From positions 14,386,001 through 14,450,000 of the forward strand of contig CM059432.1 of NCBI GenBank assembly GCA_030390025.1: DNA of 64,000 nucleotides, given 5' to 3'. This document shows, piece by piece, positions 1-12,431 of this stretch; position 1 is the first letter of the stretch; each line of letters starts with the position of its first letter. This stretch comes from Squalus acanthias. Lineage: Eukaryota. The position numbers and the translations under genes were made by a program. Under the pieces are notes generated by a model. It searched no databases. It was given only the letters and a program-made list of their open reading frames with translations, and was not told the DNA's origin.

Positions 1-48
1 ACTGAAACAAAGCTGTGTACAGAGTTGCCGATGCAGAGTTTGGCCTAC

Positions 49-279
49 CTCCAATATGTCCTCCCCACCATACTCTATTTTCTTGCCTTGCCTCCAGTGT
101 TTGAGCAGCCATTTAAGTTTGACATAGAAGAGGAAAGTGTTCTGTTTGAACATTCTCATTTCCTGCAGCAGAAGGGTCCTCTCGTGACTCCATGACTTCT
201 GCTCCAGCCTGTTCTGCAAGTTTAGGCTCTGCACTTCGAAGGCTTTCCTCAGCAGGTTCTTCTGGTTTTCCTCTTCAAT
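49..279 (-). CDS. MTCL1: MTCL1 coding exon (77 codons, IEEENQKNLLRKAFEVQSLNLQNRLEQKSWSHERTLLLQEMRMFKQNTFLFYVKLKWLLKHWRQGKKIEYGGEDILE); gene continues beyond window start
   Basis: Manual minus-strand translation; cag acceptor at 282-280 and gtaggc donor from 48; phase 0/0; FLFYVKLKWLLKHWRQGK matches the remembered vertebrate MTCL1 motif FLFYVKLRWLLKHWRQGK. Confidence 0.93.
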
Positions 280-360
280 CTGTGGCACAACAATTTGTGG
301 CAACGAAAACCAATTATTACCAGCACCATCCATTTACCAGAACATAAAGTTTAAGAAAAA

Positions 361-790
361 AAGAAAGGCTTGCATTTATATAGCGCCTTTCACGACCACT
401 GGACGTCTCAGAGCACTTTACAGCCAATGAAGCACTTTTTGAAGTGTAGTCACTGTTGTAATGTGGGAAACGCGGCAGCCAATTTGTGCACAGCAAGCTC
501 CCACAGATAGCAATGTGACAATGACCAGATAATCTGTCTTTGTTATGTTGGTTGAGGGATAAATATTGGCCAGGATACCGGGATAACTCCCCTATACTCT
601 TCTTCGAAATAGTGCCATGGGATCTTTAACGTCTCATCCGAAAGACGGCACCTCCGACAGTGCAGCACTCCCTCAGCACTGCATGGGAGTGTCAGCCTAG
701 CTTTCTGTGCTCAAGTCCCTGGGGTGGGACTTGAACCCACAACCTTCTGACTCAGAGGCGAGTGTGCTACGCACTGAGCCACAGCTGACA
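361..790 (-). mobile_element. tRNA-headed Deu-domain SINE (SacSINE1/AmnSINE1-like), near full length
   Basis: Minus strand has A-box-like TGGCTCAGTGCG, B-box GGTTCAAGTCC, Deu-like core GGTGCCGTCTTTCGGATGAGACGTTAAAGATCCCATGGCAC and L2-like tail AAAGGCGCTATATAAATGCAAG. Confidence 0.85.
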
Positions 791-1064
791 GTAAGTTTCA
801 AATATAACAAATCTTCCAGGATTTACTTAAAGGTGAAAAAAAAGAGTCTGGACCCTATTCTACACCACTCCACCCTAACCCCCGTCCCCACCCCCCCAAC
901 ACACTCAAGAGAAGCTAGAGATTATTTTCAAACTAAACGCAAATTACAGGTATTTGAACACTGAGTGTACACGTAATTTTTGGGAGCCGGGAGAAATGAA
1001 TTTTGTCTCCTCGTGGATTGAAAATCGAACAATTTTAAAAGCTTTTTACACCTAATATCAGCAT

Positions 1065-1352
1065 CAAGCAATTTCAGGCCGCATACAGCACAAGTCAGAA
1101 ACAGCTTTGCACTGCCTCAACGCTATACCCATCTGAGATTTAAGCAGAGGGACACTTACAACTGCCAGCCCTGTGCCAACTGGTGCTGAACGATAGGCTC
1201 CTCTGTGTGGTGGATTTGTTGGAGCTAGGTTAACACTGCCAAAATTCACACAGGCAGCAGAAAGAGAAGACTTTCTTCTCACCAGTTTGACTTGGAATTG
1301 AATCCATCTCAAGATGTAGAAGGGCAGTAAACTAACCCACTGCATTGCCCAC
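1065..1352 (-). mobile_element. Degenerate tRNA-headed SINE, possibly LF-SINE-like
   Basis: Minus-strand head with decayed B-box (GGATTCAATTCC) followed by ...GAAAGTC; resemblance to LF-SINE is from memory only. Confidence 0.3.
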
Positions 1353-1809
1353 AGTTTCCCTCAGACACAGGAAGTTCCTCATCAATTTGGCTATGATTCA
1401 GGCCCTGTATTCTAACCCATTGCATCACCCACTATAAATCAGATCTTGAATAAAATGCTGTATATAATTATAAACCACACTGTGCAAGCATGTAAAAGTA
1501 CGTCTTTAATCACCAATGCAACTGAACCATAATAAAATGCCTGTAGTCATCCTTGGTCCAGTGACCTCAGCTGGCAGGACTTAAAAGATCTGTGTTGGAA
1601 AAGGAGCTATTAGGTTAATGACATTACATTCTAGAAATTAAACAACATTTGTTGCACAAAATAATTATTGCATTTTGTCAAGGGAGCATATTTGTTTTCT
1701 AGGCAATTTTAAAAGTCTCATGATAAATCTGCCTCTATATTTTCCACATGAACACAATCTTCTGCCAATGTTTCTGAACCTCAGTGTGGCTTTGTGAAGA
1801 AGTTCACCA

Positions 1810-2405
1810 GAGGGATAGAATGGAAAAGTAGTGTAGTTATTCTAAACTTGTATCGAACCTTGGTTAGACCACACTTAGAGTACTGCATACAATTCTGGTC
1901 ATCATATTATAAAAAGAATATAGAGGCACTGGAGAGGGTGCAGAGAAGATTTACAAGGATGATACCAGAAATGCGAGGGTATACATATCAGGAAAGGATA
2001 AACAGAAGGCTGAGGGGTGACTCAATTGAGGTCTTTAAAATTATGAAAGGTTTTGATAGAGTGGATACAAAGAGAGTGTTTCCACTTGTGGGGGAAAAGC
2101 ATAACTAGAGGCCATCAATAGAAGATAGTCATCAAGAAATCAAATAGGGAATTCAGAAGAAACTTCTTTACCCAAAGAGTGGTGAGAATGTGGAACTCAC
2201 TACCACAGGGAGTGGTTGAAGCGAATAGTATAGATGCATTTAAGGGGAGGCGAGACAAGCATTTGAGGGAGAAGGGAATAGAGGGTTATGCTGATCGATT
2301 TAGATGAGGAAAGACGGGAGGAGGCTCGTGTGGAGCATAAATGCCGGCATGGACTGGTTGGGCCGAATGGCCTGTTTCTGTGCTGTATATCCTATGTAAT
2401 CCTAT
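1810..2405 (+). mobile_element. CR1 LINE 3' fragment
   Basis: ORF 1794..2108 LYRTLVRPHLEYCIQFWS...LERVQRRFTRMIP is the CR1 ORF2 C-terminus; ends in the CR1 3' UTR and short tail repeats. Confidence 0.9.
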
Positions 2406-2686
2406 GTACCCTTGTCATTTTCTCACCATTGAAGGAACACTATTGCTTCTCCTTTATGCAGTGTGCTGTGGGAAGCATGACAGCGTTGTGGCTGTAAAAT
2501 TCTGCACAGAATCTTGGCTCGGAGCAACATGACATTTATCCATTTTGTTTCGCAGCTGAAATTGTCTGGAAAAGTTTACAGTAAGCCTACCACAAAGCAC
2601 AAGCTCTGGCTACAATGGTAGTATCCTTCCTCGAAGACACTGCATGAAAGACAAGCAATTGCTGCACCACAGCCGTGAGAAAAAAA

Positions 2687-2762
2687 CAAATGCTGCCTGG
2701 CCTGCTGAGTTTTTCCAGCGTTTTCTGTTGTTTCGGATTTCCAGCATCCGCAGTATTTTGCT
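2687..2762 (+). mobile_element. Penelope-like terminal fragment (family B)
   Basis: gcctggcctgctgagtttttccagcgttttctgttg is shared with 38317-38410 and 60135-60456. Confidence 0.6.
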
Positions 2763-2861
2763 GTCGAAATACATTGCAAGATTTCTACACAGCACAACAG
2801 CACATAGATAGTTCAGATCACTTTGGAGAAGACCTGGTATGAGTTAGTGGCTGAATTTTAC

Positions 2862-3630
2862 ACATAGAATCATACAGCAGAGGAGGAGGCCATTCGGCCC
2901 ATCATGCCTGTTTCCAGCTCTTTGAAAAAGCTAACCAATTAGCTTCACTCCACTACTCTTTCCCCGTAGCCCTGCAAATATTTCCTTTTTAAGTATATAT
3001 CCGCATCCCTTTTGAAAGTTACTCTTGAATCCACCTCCACCACTATTTTAAGGAATGCATTCCAGATCATAACAACTTGTTGTGTAAAAAAAAATCTCAT
3101 CATGTTCCCCGCCCCAGCTTTTTTGCCACTTCTCTTTACATGTATGTCAAGTGGAGTCGAGCTCTCTGGATTCTACCATCCTTTTTTTCTACCATCTATT
3201 TTTATCCTATCCAATATCACTGCTACCTCCTCCTTTACTGCTGCATTGGCAGCATCCTCTTCTCTAGTGAAGACCGATACAAAGTGCTCATTTAGTACCT
3301 CAGCCATACCCTCTGCCTCCACAAGAAGATCTCCTTTTTGGTCCCTAATTGGCCCCACCCATTCTTTGACTACCCTTTTACTATTTATGTGTTTATTAAA
3401 GACGTTTGGGTTCCCTTTTAGGTTACCCGCTATTCTATCCTCATACTCTCTCTTTGCCCCTCTTACTCTCTTTTTTAGATCTCCTCTGTATGTTCTATAT
3501 TTAGTTTGGTTCTCTACTGTATTATGACCCTTACAATTGTTATAAGTCTCCTTTTTCTGCCGCATTTTAACCTCTATATCTTTAGTCATCCAGGGAGTTC
3601 TAGCTTTGGATGCCCTTCCTTTTCCCCCTC
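2862..3630 (-). mobile_element. CR1 LINE fragments (3' end joined to an internal ORF2 piece)
   Basis: CR1 3' UTR at 2862-3100; ORF 3173..3589 AEVLNEHFVSVFTRE is the CR1 endonuclease-RT linker motif. Confidence 0.8.
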
Positions 3631-4050
3631 AAGTGGAGCAGAGCTCTCTGCTTTGAACGCAATCAATCTCCACGTTACTTCATCAGGAAAGCAAAGGTCT
3701 GCCTGAATTTTCAAGAACAATATGCTTTCGTCAGGACCATGAGCTACCTATGAGCAAAATGGCAAGTAACCTGCTCCCAGGCCTCCATTTCTACCATTAA
3801 GAGCAGGCTGTCAGGAAGCACGCCCTTCCGCACCAGGGTCTCTCCTTGGTACCTCCCCACAGTACCAATGCCAAGACTGGCGATCCAGAACAGGTGAATT
3901 AAACTTATCTTGCATCACTGACAGGGATGTCCAACTATTTGGAGCTGGGAGCCAGATACAAGCCTCATACATTACAAAAGTGAGACTCCCAATACACAAA
4001 AAAGCAAGATCCCTGCACACACAAAAAGAGAGACCATGCGAGACTCCCAT

Positions 4051-4700
4051 TAGGAACATAGGAATTACCAGACGTAAAAACACCACTGTGCATCTAGTTC
4101 ACCTTCAACCATCCTGGTAGTCGCATGATACAACAATTATGGTGTTATTGAATAATCATGGCAGTCAATCTCTATCAATTAGTCTACAGCGGACCCAGAC
4201 ATGAGGCGAGGAAAACCTCCAGTAATGGAAAGCTTTGGGAACCAGAGGTCCATTCTCCTTTCCTCTTATCGTGCTCATCCTTTCCCCCACCCATCCGCCC
4301 TACTTCACCCCTCATTCTTCTCCCCTTTCCCTCACTCATCCTTCCCCCTTCTTCACCTTATCCCCACCCCCAAAGACTGGTTCTCCTCATTCTTTTATCT
4401 TCCTGCCCACCCACCTCCTTTTAGGAACATAGGAATTGCTAGACTAGAAAAGACCATGGTCCATCTAGTTCGCCTTCTACCATCCTGGTAGATGCATGAT
4501 ACAACAATAAAGGAGTTGTTAACTAATCATAGCAATCAATCTCTATCAGTAAGTCTACAACAGACCCAGACATGATGCAAGGAAAACCCCAGTGATGGAG
4601 AGCTTTGGGAACCATAGGTCCAAAGTCACTTGTTCCTCCCAAGCGCGCTACACTTACCACACGTCACGTCTCAAATTACTCATATACTGTAACCCAAATA
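4051..4700 (-). repeat. Two diverged direct copies (4051-4265, 4422-4700) of a LINE-like 3' end separated by a pyrimidine tract
   Basis: Both start taggaacataggaatt and share catctagttc.ccttc.accatcctggtag..gcatgatacaacaat...gacccagacatga...ggaaaacc.c; the minus strand ends in a CR1-style tatgttccta tail. Confidence 0.65.
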
Positions 4701-5149
4701 GGATATGCAACTATATCTCATTTCCCACATGATGAGCTCTCAATCTCAAGTACACTGTTGAGAGGTGCAAAGTGTAGGCCAGGCCTTTCTTCATAGGGAA
4801 GCGCAGGGAGTGAGAGAGAATTCCTTCCCCTCCTGCCTGGTAAAGGCTGCTCCCTCACTGGTCAAAACCCTCCAATCAGGGAGCAACCTTTCCAGCTCTC
4901 CAGGCTCAGGGATTTTAAGCAGCTTGAAGTGCTGAAGTCGGCTTTCCACACAAGGGAAGGCAGGAGAATCAAAGGCTGGATTAAAGAGGTTTAAGGGGAC
5001 GGAGTAAAGAAGCTCGTGGGCCACATTTGGCCCCGGGGCTATGTCTTGGACATCAGTGCCACAGCATACTGTGCTCATACTCCAACATAACAAAAATCAT
5101 CTCCTCTTACCCATCTTGATTTTTAACCCACCCTTTCCGAAAGAAATTG

Positions 5150-5450
5150 GCTCTTGCTGGTTTATGGTTCCACAGGTGTTGGCGGCCCTCTGGTTCCTCA
5201 GCCAAGTCGCCTTTCTTCATGTGCGAACCTAGACAGTGAGTAGACTATTCAACCACCCTCACCTAATGTCCCAGCCAAGCTCACTGGATAACGATCAGGT
5301 GCAAGAACTTCCCTCGCCTAAAGGCACTGAGACCAATTGCAGTGATCCAAATGCTGACCTAAGTGAGAATAGCCAACTCAGCAGAGGGCAGGGGTCAAAC
5401 TTGGGATTGTACGGCTCTGCGGAACTCCAATCAGCGAGGATACCATTTAA
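5150..5450 (-). mobile_element. Old diverged SINE-like family; related copies near 13040-13250, 18110-18290, 21790-22085, 27110-27240, 27660-27765 and 41100-41330 (+)
   Basis: Recurrent degenerate motif ttcttcatgtg..a.cctagacagtga...ctattcaacca; B-box-like GGTTCGATCTCC in the 41.1-kb copy. Confidence 0.45.
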
Positions 5451-5523
5451 AAAAAAATACATTCTTTGAGGACCTTGCGTTAGCCTACTTCAATAATTTA
5501 CCTCAGCAATTGTCTGTACCCAC

Positions 5524-5646
5524 CTGAATAATCTTGCTGGTGAATTTTTCGTTTTCATCTTCCCGAAGCTGTCTTTCCTGTTCCAGGCGAACCTGTAGCT
5601 CTTCAACAGATAGATTCTGTTCTGGTAAGACATGGGATTCCCTGAG
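5524..5646 (-). CDS. MTCL1: MTCL1 coding exon (41 codons, LRESHVLPEQNLSVEELQVRLEQERQLREDENEKFTSKIIQ)
   Basis: aaacag acceptor, CAG|gtgggt donor, 123 nt, phase 0/0, coiled-coil composition; resembles remembered human LRGPPVLPEQSVSIEELQGQL segment. Different frame from ORF-track call 5490..5723. Confidence 0.9.
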
Positions 5647-6555
5647 CTGTTTTTTCGAGACAAAGGAACATAGTCAGTTGAAGCCATATAAATAAATATC
5701 CCTGTACCAGAACTCCTGCTCAAGCACTTACTACAAAAGTGATAACGAAGCCTTGGATATTAACCACTTGCGTGTGCTTGTGAAATCTAAAAGAAAGACT
5801 ACCCACATTGCTAGTCCAGATGAAAACTTCAGCAGCTCATGTGCTGCAACAGTGGACCAACTAAAGCTTGAGCTGCAATGTAGTCCCTTCTGTACTGGAA
5901 AAGTCAGGGTGGCAACAAAATGGGATTTCCCATTTCACACCAACTTTTCGGTTAAAATTAGTAACAGGAGGAATTTCACCCCAACATTTGGATCAGCTTC
6001 CAGTCCTGTGTTTCAGTATTAAACATGCTAAAATATTTATAGACAGACAGTGCGATCAGTATTGAGCTGCGCCAGTCAAGCCCATTCTCAAAATGCGGGC
6101 TTTTTATTAAACATTATCACCGGCTGTCTCTGAGTAGCGGATCCTGGTGTTTCTAGCTACTATTACCCATTAAAGGGCTTCCTCACCAATAAACAACAGG
6201 AGATTTGACCTTAAGGAAAGCCTATTGCATTAGTACCACACACTCAATTTGTTTCTGGAGCTACTTTCAAACCTTTGCTCACCAACAGCAACATCACAGT
6301 CTGGCTTTAACCCCAGAGGGATTCACACTGCACAATAGAGTGGGAGAACAAAAGTGAATAATGTCTCTCCTTGCTGAACAGGTTAATAAAAAAGGACCAG
6401 AATCGAATTGTATGTACACAACATCTATCTGCTTCTCATCAATCTTCACATCTTAACAACTGTTTTGCACTCTCCGACTCTCCCACCTTTATCCTCTCCT
6501 GTTATTTAGCTTTTCCGCTCTTCCTGCATTCATTCCTGAGTTTTCTCTCTTCCTC

Positions 6556-7115
6556 TAAGAATCATAGAATGTTACAGCACAGAAGGAGGCCTTTCGGCCC
6601 ATCGTGCCTGTGCTGCCTCTTAGGTAGAGCTATCCAACTAGTCCCACTCCCCTGCTCTTTCCCCATAGCCCTGTAATATTTTTCCCCTTCAAGTATTTAT
6701 CCAATTCTCTGTTGAATGTTACTATTGAATCTGCTTCCACCGCCCTTTCAGGCAGCGCATTCCAGATCACAACAACTCGCTGTGTAAAAAATGTTGACTC
6801 ATGTCGCCTCTGGTTCTTTTGCCAATTACTTTAAAACTGTGTCCTCTGGCTACCGACCCTCCTGCCAGTGGAAACCGTTTCTCCTTATTTACTCTGTCAA
6901 ACCCCCCCCCCCCCATAATTGTGAACACCTCTATTAAAACTCTCCATAACCTTCTCTGCTCCAAGGAGAACAATCTCAGCTTCTCTGCTCACCACCACTC
7001 TCTCAAGGGCAGTAAGGGATGGGCAATAAATCCTGGTTTTCTCAGCGACGCCCACATCCCGCAAATGAATAAAAAAAACTCGATCCAACCCATTCATGAT
7101 TTTGAACACCTCGAT
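6556..7115 (-). mobile_element. CR1 3' fragment interrupted by a plus-strand LINE tail (about 6986-7078)
   Basis: ORF 6767..6973 FSLEQRRL...RGHSFKV; the insert ctcaagggcagtaagggatgggcaataaa...cccacatcccgcaaatgaataaaaaaaa recurs at 32725-33025 (-) and 46505-46570. Confidence 0.75.
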
Positions 7116-7119
7116 CCAC

Positions 7120-10100
7120 CCTAATCCCACTTTCCAGCACTTGCTCCGTAGCCTTGTAGGTTACGGCACTTCAAGTGCATATCCTTTTTAAATGTGATGA
7201 GGGTTTCTGCCTCTACCACCCTTTCAGGCAGTGAGTTCCAGACCCACCACCCTCTGGGTGAAAAAAATTCTTCTCAACTCCCCTCTAAACTTCCTACCAA
7301 TTACTTTAAATCTAAGCCCCCTGGTTATTGACCCTTCTGCTAAGGGAAATAGGTCCTTCCTATCCACTCTATCCAGGCCCCTCATAATTTTATACACCTC
7401 AATTAGGTCTCCCCTCAGACTCCTCTGTTCCAAAGAAAACAACCCCTGCCTATCCAATCTTTCCTCATAGCTAAAATTCCCCAACCCAGGCAAGATCCTC
7501 GTAAATCTCCTCTGTACCCTCTCTAGTGCAATCACATCCTTCCAGAAGGTGATCAGAACTGCACACAGCTGCGGCCTAACTAGTGCTTTATACAGTTCAA
7601 GCATAACCTCCCTGCTCTTATATTCTATGCCTCAGCTAACAAAGGCAAGTATCCCATATGCCTTCTGAACCACCTTATCTACCTGTCCTGCTACCTTCAG
7701 GGATCTGTGGACATGCACTCCAAGGTCCCTCTGATCCTCTGCACATCTCAGTGTCCTACCATTTAATGTGTATTCCCTTGCCTTGTTAGCCCTCACCAAA
7801 TGCATTACCTCACTTCTCCGGATTGAATTCCATTTGCCACTGGTCTGCTCACCAGACCAGTCCATTGATATCTTCCTGCAGTCTACAGCTTTCTTCTCAT
7901 TATCAACCACATGGCCAATTTTTGTATCATCTGCAAACTTCTTAATCATACTTCCTACATTCAAGTCCAAATCATTGATATATACCACAAAAACCAGAGG
8001 ACCCAGTACTGAGCCCTGCGGAACCCCACTGGAAACAGCCTTCCAGTCACAAAAACACCCTGCGACCATTACCCTTTGTTTCCTGCCTCTGAGCCAATTT
8101 TGGATCCAACTTGCCACTTTGCCTTGGATCCCATGGGCTTTTACTTTCATGACCAGTCTGCCATGCAGGGCCTTATCAAAAGCCTTGCTAAAATCCATAT
8201 AGACTACATCAAACGCACTACCCACATCGATCCTCCTTGTTACCTCCTCAAAAAATGTAATCAAGTTAGTCAGACACGACCTTCCCTTAACAAATCCATG
8301 CTGACTGTCCCTGATTAATCCGTGTCTTTCTAAATGAAGATTTATCCTGTCCCTCAGAATTTTTTCCAAAAATTTTCCCATCACTGAGGTTAGGCTGACC
8401 GGCCTGTAATTACTCAGTCTATCCCTTTCTCCCTTTTTAAACAACGGCACCACGTTAGCAGTCCTCCAGTCCTCCAGCACCACACCTGTAGCCAGAGAGG
8501 ATTGGAAAATGATGGTCAGAGCCTCTGCTATTTCCTCTCTTACTTCTCTTCACAGTCTGGGATACATTTCATCTGGGCCTGGGGATTTATCCACTTTCAA
8601 AGATGCTAAACCCCTTAATACTTCCTCTCTCACTATGTTTATTTCATCTAATATTTCACACTTCTCCTCCCTGATTGCAATGTCTGCATCGTCCCTCTCT
8701 TTTGTGAAAACAGACGCAAAGTATTCATGAAGAACCATACCCATGTCTTCCGCCTCCACACACAGGTTACCTTCATGGTCCCTAATAGGCCCTACTCTTA
8801 CTTTATTTATCCTCTTGCTCTTAATGTATTTATAAAATATCTTTGGGTTTTCCTTGATTTTACTTGTCAATATTTTTTCATGCCCTCTCTTTGTTTTCCT
8901 AATTTCCTTTTTAATTTCACCCCTGCACTTTCTATACTCCTCTAGGGTTTCAGCAGTATTGAGCCCTCGGTATCTGTCATAAGCTTTCCTTTTTTTTCTT
9001 TATCCTACCCTGTATGCCCCTTGACATCCAGGGAGCTCTAGATTTGATAGACCCACCCTTTTTCTTTAAGGGAACATAGTTGCTCTGAACCCTCACTATC
9101 TCCTCCTTGAATGCCTCTCACTGCTCTGACATTGATTAACCTTCAAGTTTCTGTCTCCAGTCCACTTTGGCTAAATCACATCTCAGCTTAGTAAAATTGG
9201 CTTTTCCCCAATTGAAAACTTTTATTCCTGGTCTATCCTTGTCCTTTTCCATAACTACCCTAAATCTAACTGAATGATGATCACTACCACCAATCTGCTC
9301 TCCTGCTGATACCCTTTCCACCTGCCCAGCTTCATTCCCTAAAACTAGGTCCAGAACCGCCCCTCTCTTGTTGGGCTTGCTACATACTGGCTAAAAAAGT
9401 TCTCCTGAATGCATTTTAAGAATTCTGCTCACTCTATACCTTTCACACTAATTTTATCCCAGTTAATATTAGGGAAGTTGAAATCCCCTACTATTACTGC
9501 CCAATTTATTCACGTCTCAGAAATTTGCCGACATATTTGCTCTTCTATCTCCCTCTGACTGTTTGGGGGTCTATAGTACACTCCCAGCAGTGTGATTGCC
9601 CCTTTTTTGATTTCCGTTCAACCCGTATGGCCTCATTGAATGATCCTTCTAACATATCATCCCTCCTCACAGCTGTAATTGTTTTCTTTAATCAATAAGT
9701 AATTCTTTAATCAATATTGCGACCCCCCCCTCCTTTTTTATCCCCCTCTCTATCTCGTCTGAAAACCCTGTAACCAGGAATGTTGAGCTGCCATTTCTGC
9801 CCTTCTTTCAGCCATGTCTCAGTAATAGCTATAATATCATACTCCCATGTGTCTATCTGTGCCCTCAGCTCATCTGCTTTATTCACTAGACTCCTTGCGT
9901 TGAAGTATATACCATTTAGCGCTGCCAAACTCCCTTGTTATCTATTTTCTAGCCTTTGTTTCCTCTGCCTTCCAAACTCGCTTACTAATTTTCTGCCTTC
10001 CATTTCAAGCTTTGCTTCTCTCTCTTCTGAATCTACTCTCAGGTTCCCATCCCCCTGCCAAGCTAGTTTAAACCCTCCCCAACAGCACAAGCAAACCCTC

Positions 10101-10838
10101 CCGTGAGGATATTGGTCCTGGTCCTGTTGAGGTGCAACCCATCCGGCTTGTCGAGGTCCCACCTCCCCCAGAAACGGTCCCAATCCCTCAGGAATCTAAA
10201 GCCCTCCCTCCTGCACCATCTCTCCAGCCACGCATTCATCTGCTCTATCCTCCTATTTCTATACGCGCTAGCACGTGGCACCTGGAGTAATCCGGAGATT
10301 ACTACCTTTGAGGTCCTACTTTTTAATCTCCTTCCTAGTTCCCTAAACTCTGCCTGCAGGACCTCATCTCTCTTTCTACCTATGTCGTTGGTACCAATAT
10401 GGACCACGACCTTTGACTGTTCACCCTCCCCCCTCAGAATGTCCTGCAGCCGCTCAGTGACATCTTTGACCCTTGCACCAGGGAGGCAACATACCATCCT
10501 GGAGTCACGTCTGCAGCCGCAGAAACGCCTGTCTGCTCCCCTAACTATCGAATCCCCTATGACTACTGCTCTTCCACTCTTCTTCCTCACCCCCTGTGCA
10601 GCTGAGCCACCCATGGTGCCGCGGACTTGGCTCTGGCTGCACTCCCCAGAGGAACCTTCGCCCCCACCAGTATTTAGAACTGAAAACCGGTTAGCGAGCG
10701 AGATGCACTCAGGGGATTCCTGCCCTACCTGCCTGGCCCTCCTCCTCTGCCTGGCGGTCACCCATTCCCTCTCTGCCTGCACACTCTTAAGCTGCGGGGT
10801 GACCACCTCCTGAAACGTGCTATCCACGAAGTTCTCAG
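7120..10838 (-). mobile_element. Near-full-length CR1 LINE: SGNH/GDSL-esterase ORF1 plus frameshifted APE-endonuclease/RT ORF2
   Basis: ORF 10063..10872 has VIGDSIVR, PGAR, HIGTNDIG and DGLHLN (SGNH blocks); 9707..9928 YFNARSL..DIIAITETWL and 9136..9321 SDHH (APE); 7632..8483 SGVPQGSVLGP, KFADDTK (RT); 7224..7604 C-terminus. ORF2 is split over several frames. Confidence 0.95.
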
Positions 10839-11978
10839 CTGGAATATAAACAACCAACGAGGTAGAGGTCACTCAGTGCGTCTAATAAACCACTGCATGT
10901 ACTCCCGTGTCCTATACACACCTAACAAGTGCAAACACGAGGGCCGATCTTCCAACTCTGCACTGCTGGCGGGAAAGCTTGCGCACATTACAAACTCGCA
11001 AAATCGGCCTTCTTTTGAAACTACCGTCACAAATGCATTGAGAATAAAAATCTTTTCCACTGGGGCATTTCCCTATGATTGCAGTGTGTGTATGATTGTG
11101 TGGGACACTGTCTTGCTGATAATAAATCGAATGTTCTGGAAGGTCAGAAAGCTTTCAAAACTGGATGCCAGAAACAGAAAAAAAGAAATTTCTAAAAAGT
11201 AGGGTCATGATTACTCGAGTCACCACCCCACGCTGTGGGTGCAACTTGGATAGACTGTTCACATTTCACAAACACAGAGTCAGTGTGGTTAGACCCCACC
11301 CCTGTGACAGGCCCCAGTATCATTACACAGGCTTTCTGCCTTCACTCTGTCTGTTTCTAGTCCATCTGCATTTTTCTTGTTTCTAATTTCACACTTTCCT
11401 ATTTTCTCCCTCCTCCCCCAGGAGAGAGAGAGAGAGAGAAGATACTTCCATAGACACTCAGTGCTCTCCATTGGTTAACCCCTCAGAGGTTGGCTAAGCA
11501 AGAACAAAAGAAACCAGCCATTCGCCTCATCAAACCCACTCCTTCCACAGACCAGGTACAATTCCACGGACTCTACCCCACCCAGTCGCGTTTCTAAAAG
11601 AAAGCTTTGCATAAATACTCACTGATCCTAAAAGTTAGGTGAGCAAAACTCCAGAATAGTCATAAATGCTCACGCCTCCACTGGTCAACCTTGATCTGCT
11701 GTCCTGCACAGACAACATCCTGATCCCTGCAGCACGAGAAGGGATCCCTTTTTGCCTCCTCTACAGTCCTCCTGCTTATTGATGATCAAAGGCAGATTGG
11801 CAAAGCGAGCCCTAAGGGACAATCCCACATGTTAACATCAGGTAACACAGGGATCTGAACCCATGCCTCCTAATTGGGAACCCAGCTCTGCAGGACTGCA
11901 AATTTCTAGGTCACACAAAGTTCTATCCCTTAAAAAGACACAAAAACAGCATTACTAAAAACTAGCGTCTTGAGTTAC

Positions 11979-12134
11979 CTCTGAACTGAAACAGCTCTCG
12001 TCTTCTGCCCTATATATTTTGTAGTCTCCATCAGCTTTGCGGTTTTGGTCCATAGCGCCTCGAATCTGAAGGGTCTCTTGTTCCTCTCTGTGATCGGGGA
12101 CTAGCTGCCATTCTGGCTGGTCCCTCAGTTTGGA
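11979..12134 (-). CDS. MTCL1: MTCL1 coding exon (52 codons, SKLRDQPEWQLVPDHREEQETLQIRGAMDQNRKADGDYKIYRAEDESCFSSE)
   Basis: Inside ORF 11955..12197; caacag acceptor, GAG|gtaact donor, 156 nt, phase 0/0; resembles remembered MTCL1 SRLKEQLEWQL...CFSLE. Confidence 0.88.
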
Positions 12135-12227
12135 CTGTTGAGTGCATGGGCGATTTAACAAAAACAACAAAGGACAGGGGGGAAATAAAAAAAACAAAAA
12201 TGGGTATAGTAGACGACCAAAAAACTA

Positions 12228-12431
<204 letters not shown>

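Noticed and set aside
707..790. tRNA gene
   Set aside because: The A/B boxes belong to a SINE head that continues into the Deu domain and LINE-like tail; no complete cloverleaf was seen.
5490..5723. ORF-track 77-aa peptide
   Set aside because: Wrong frame; the real exon (5524-5646) is in another frame with proper splice sites.
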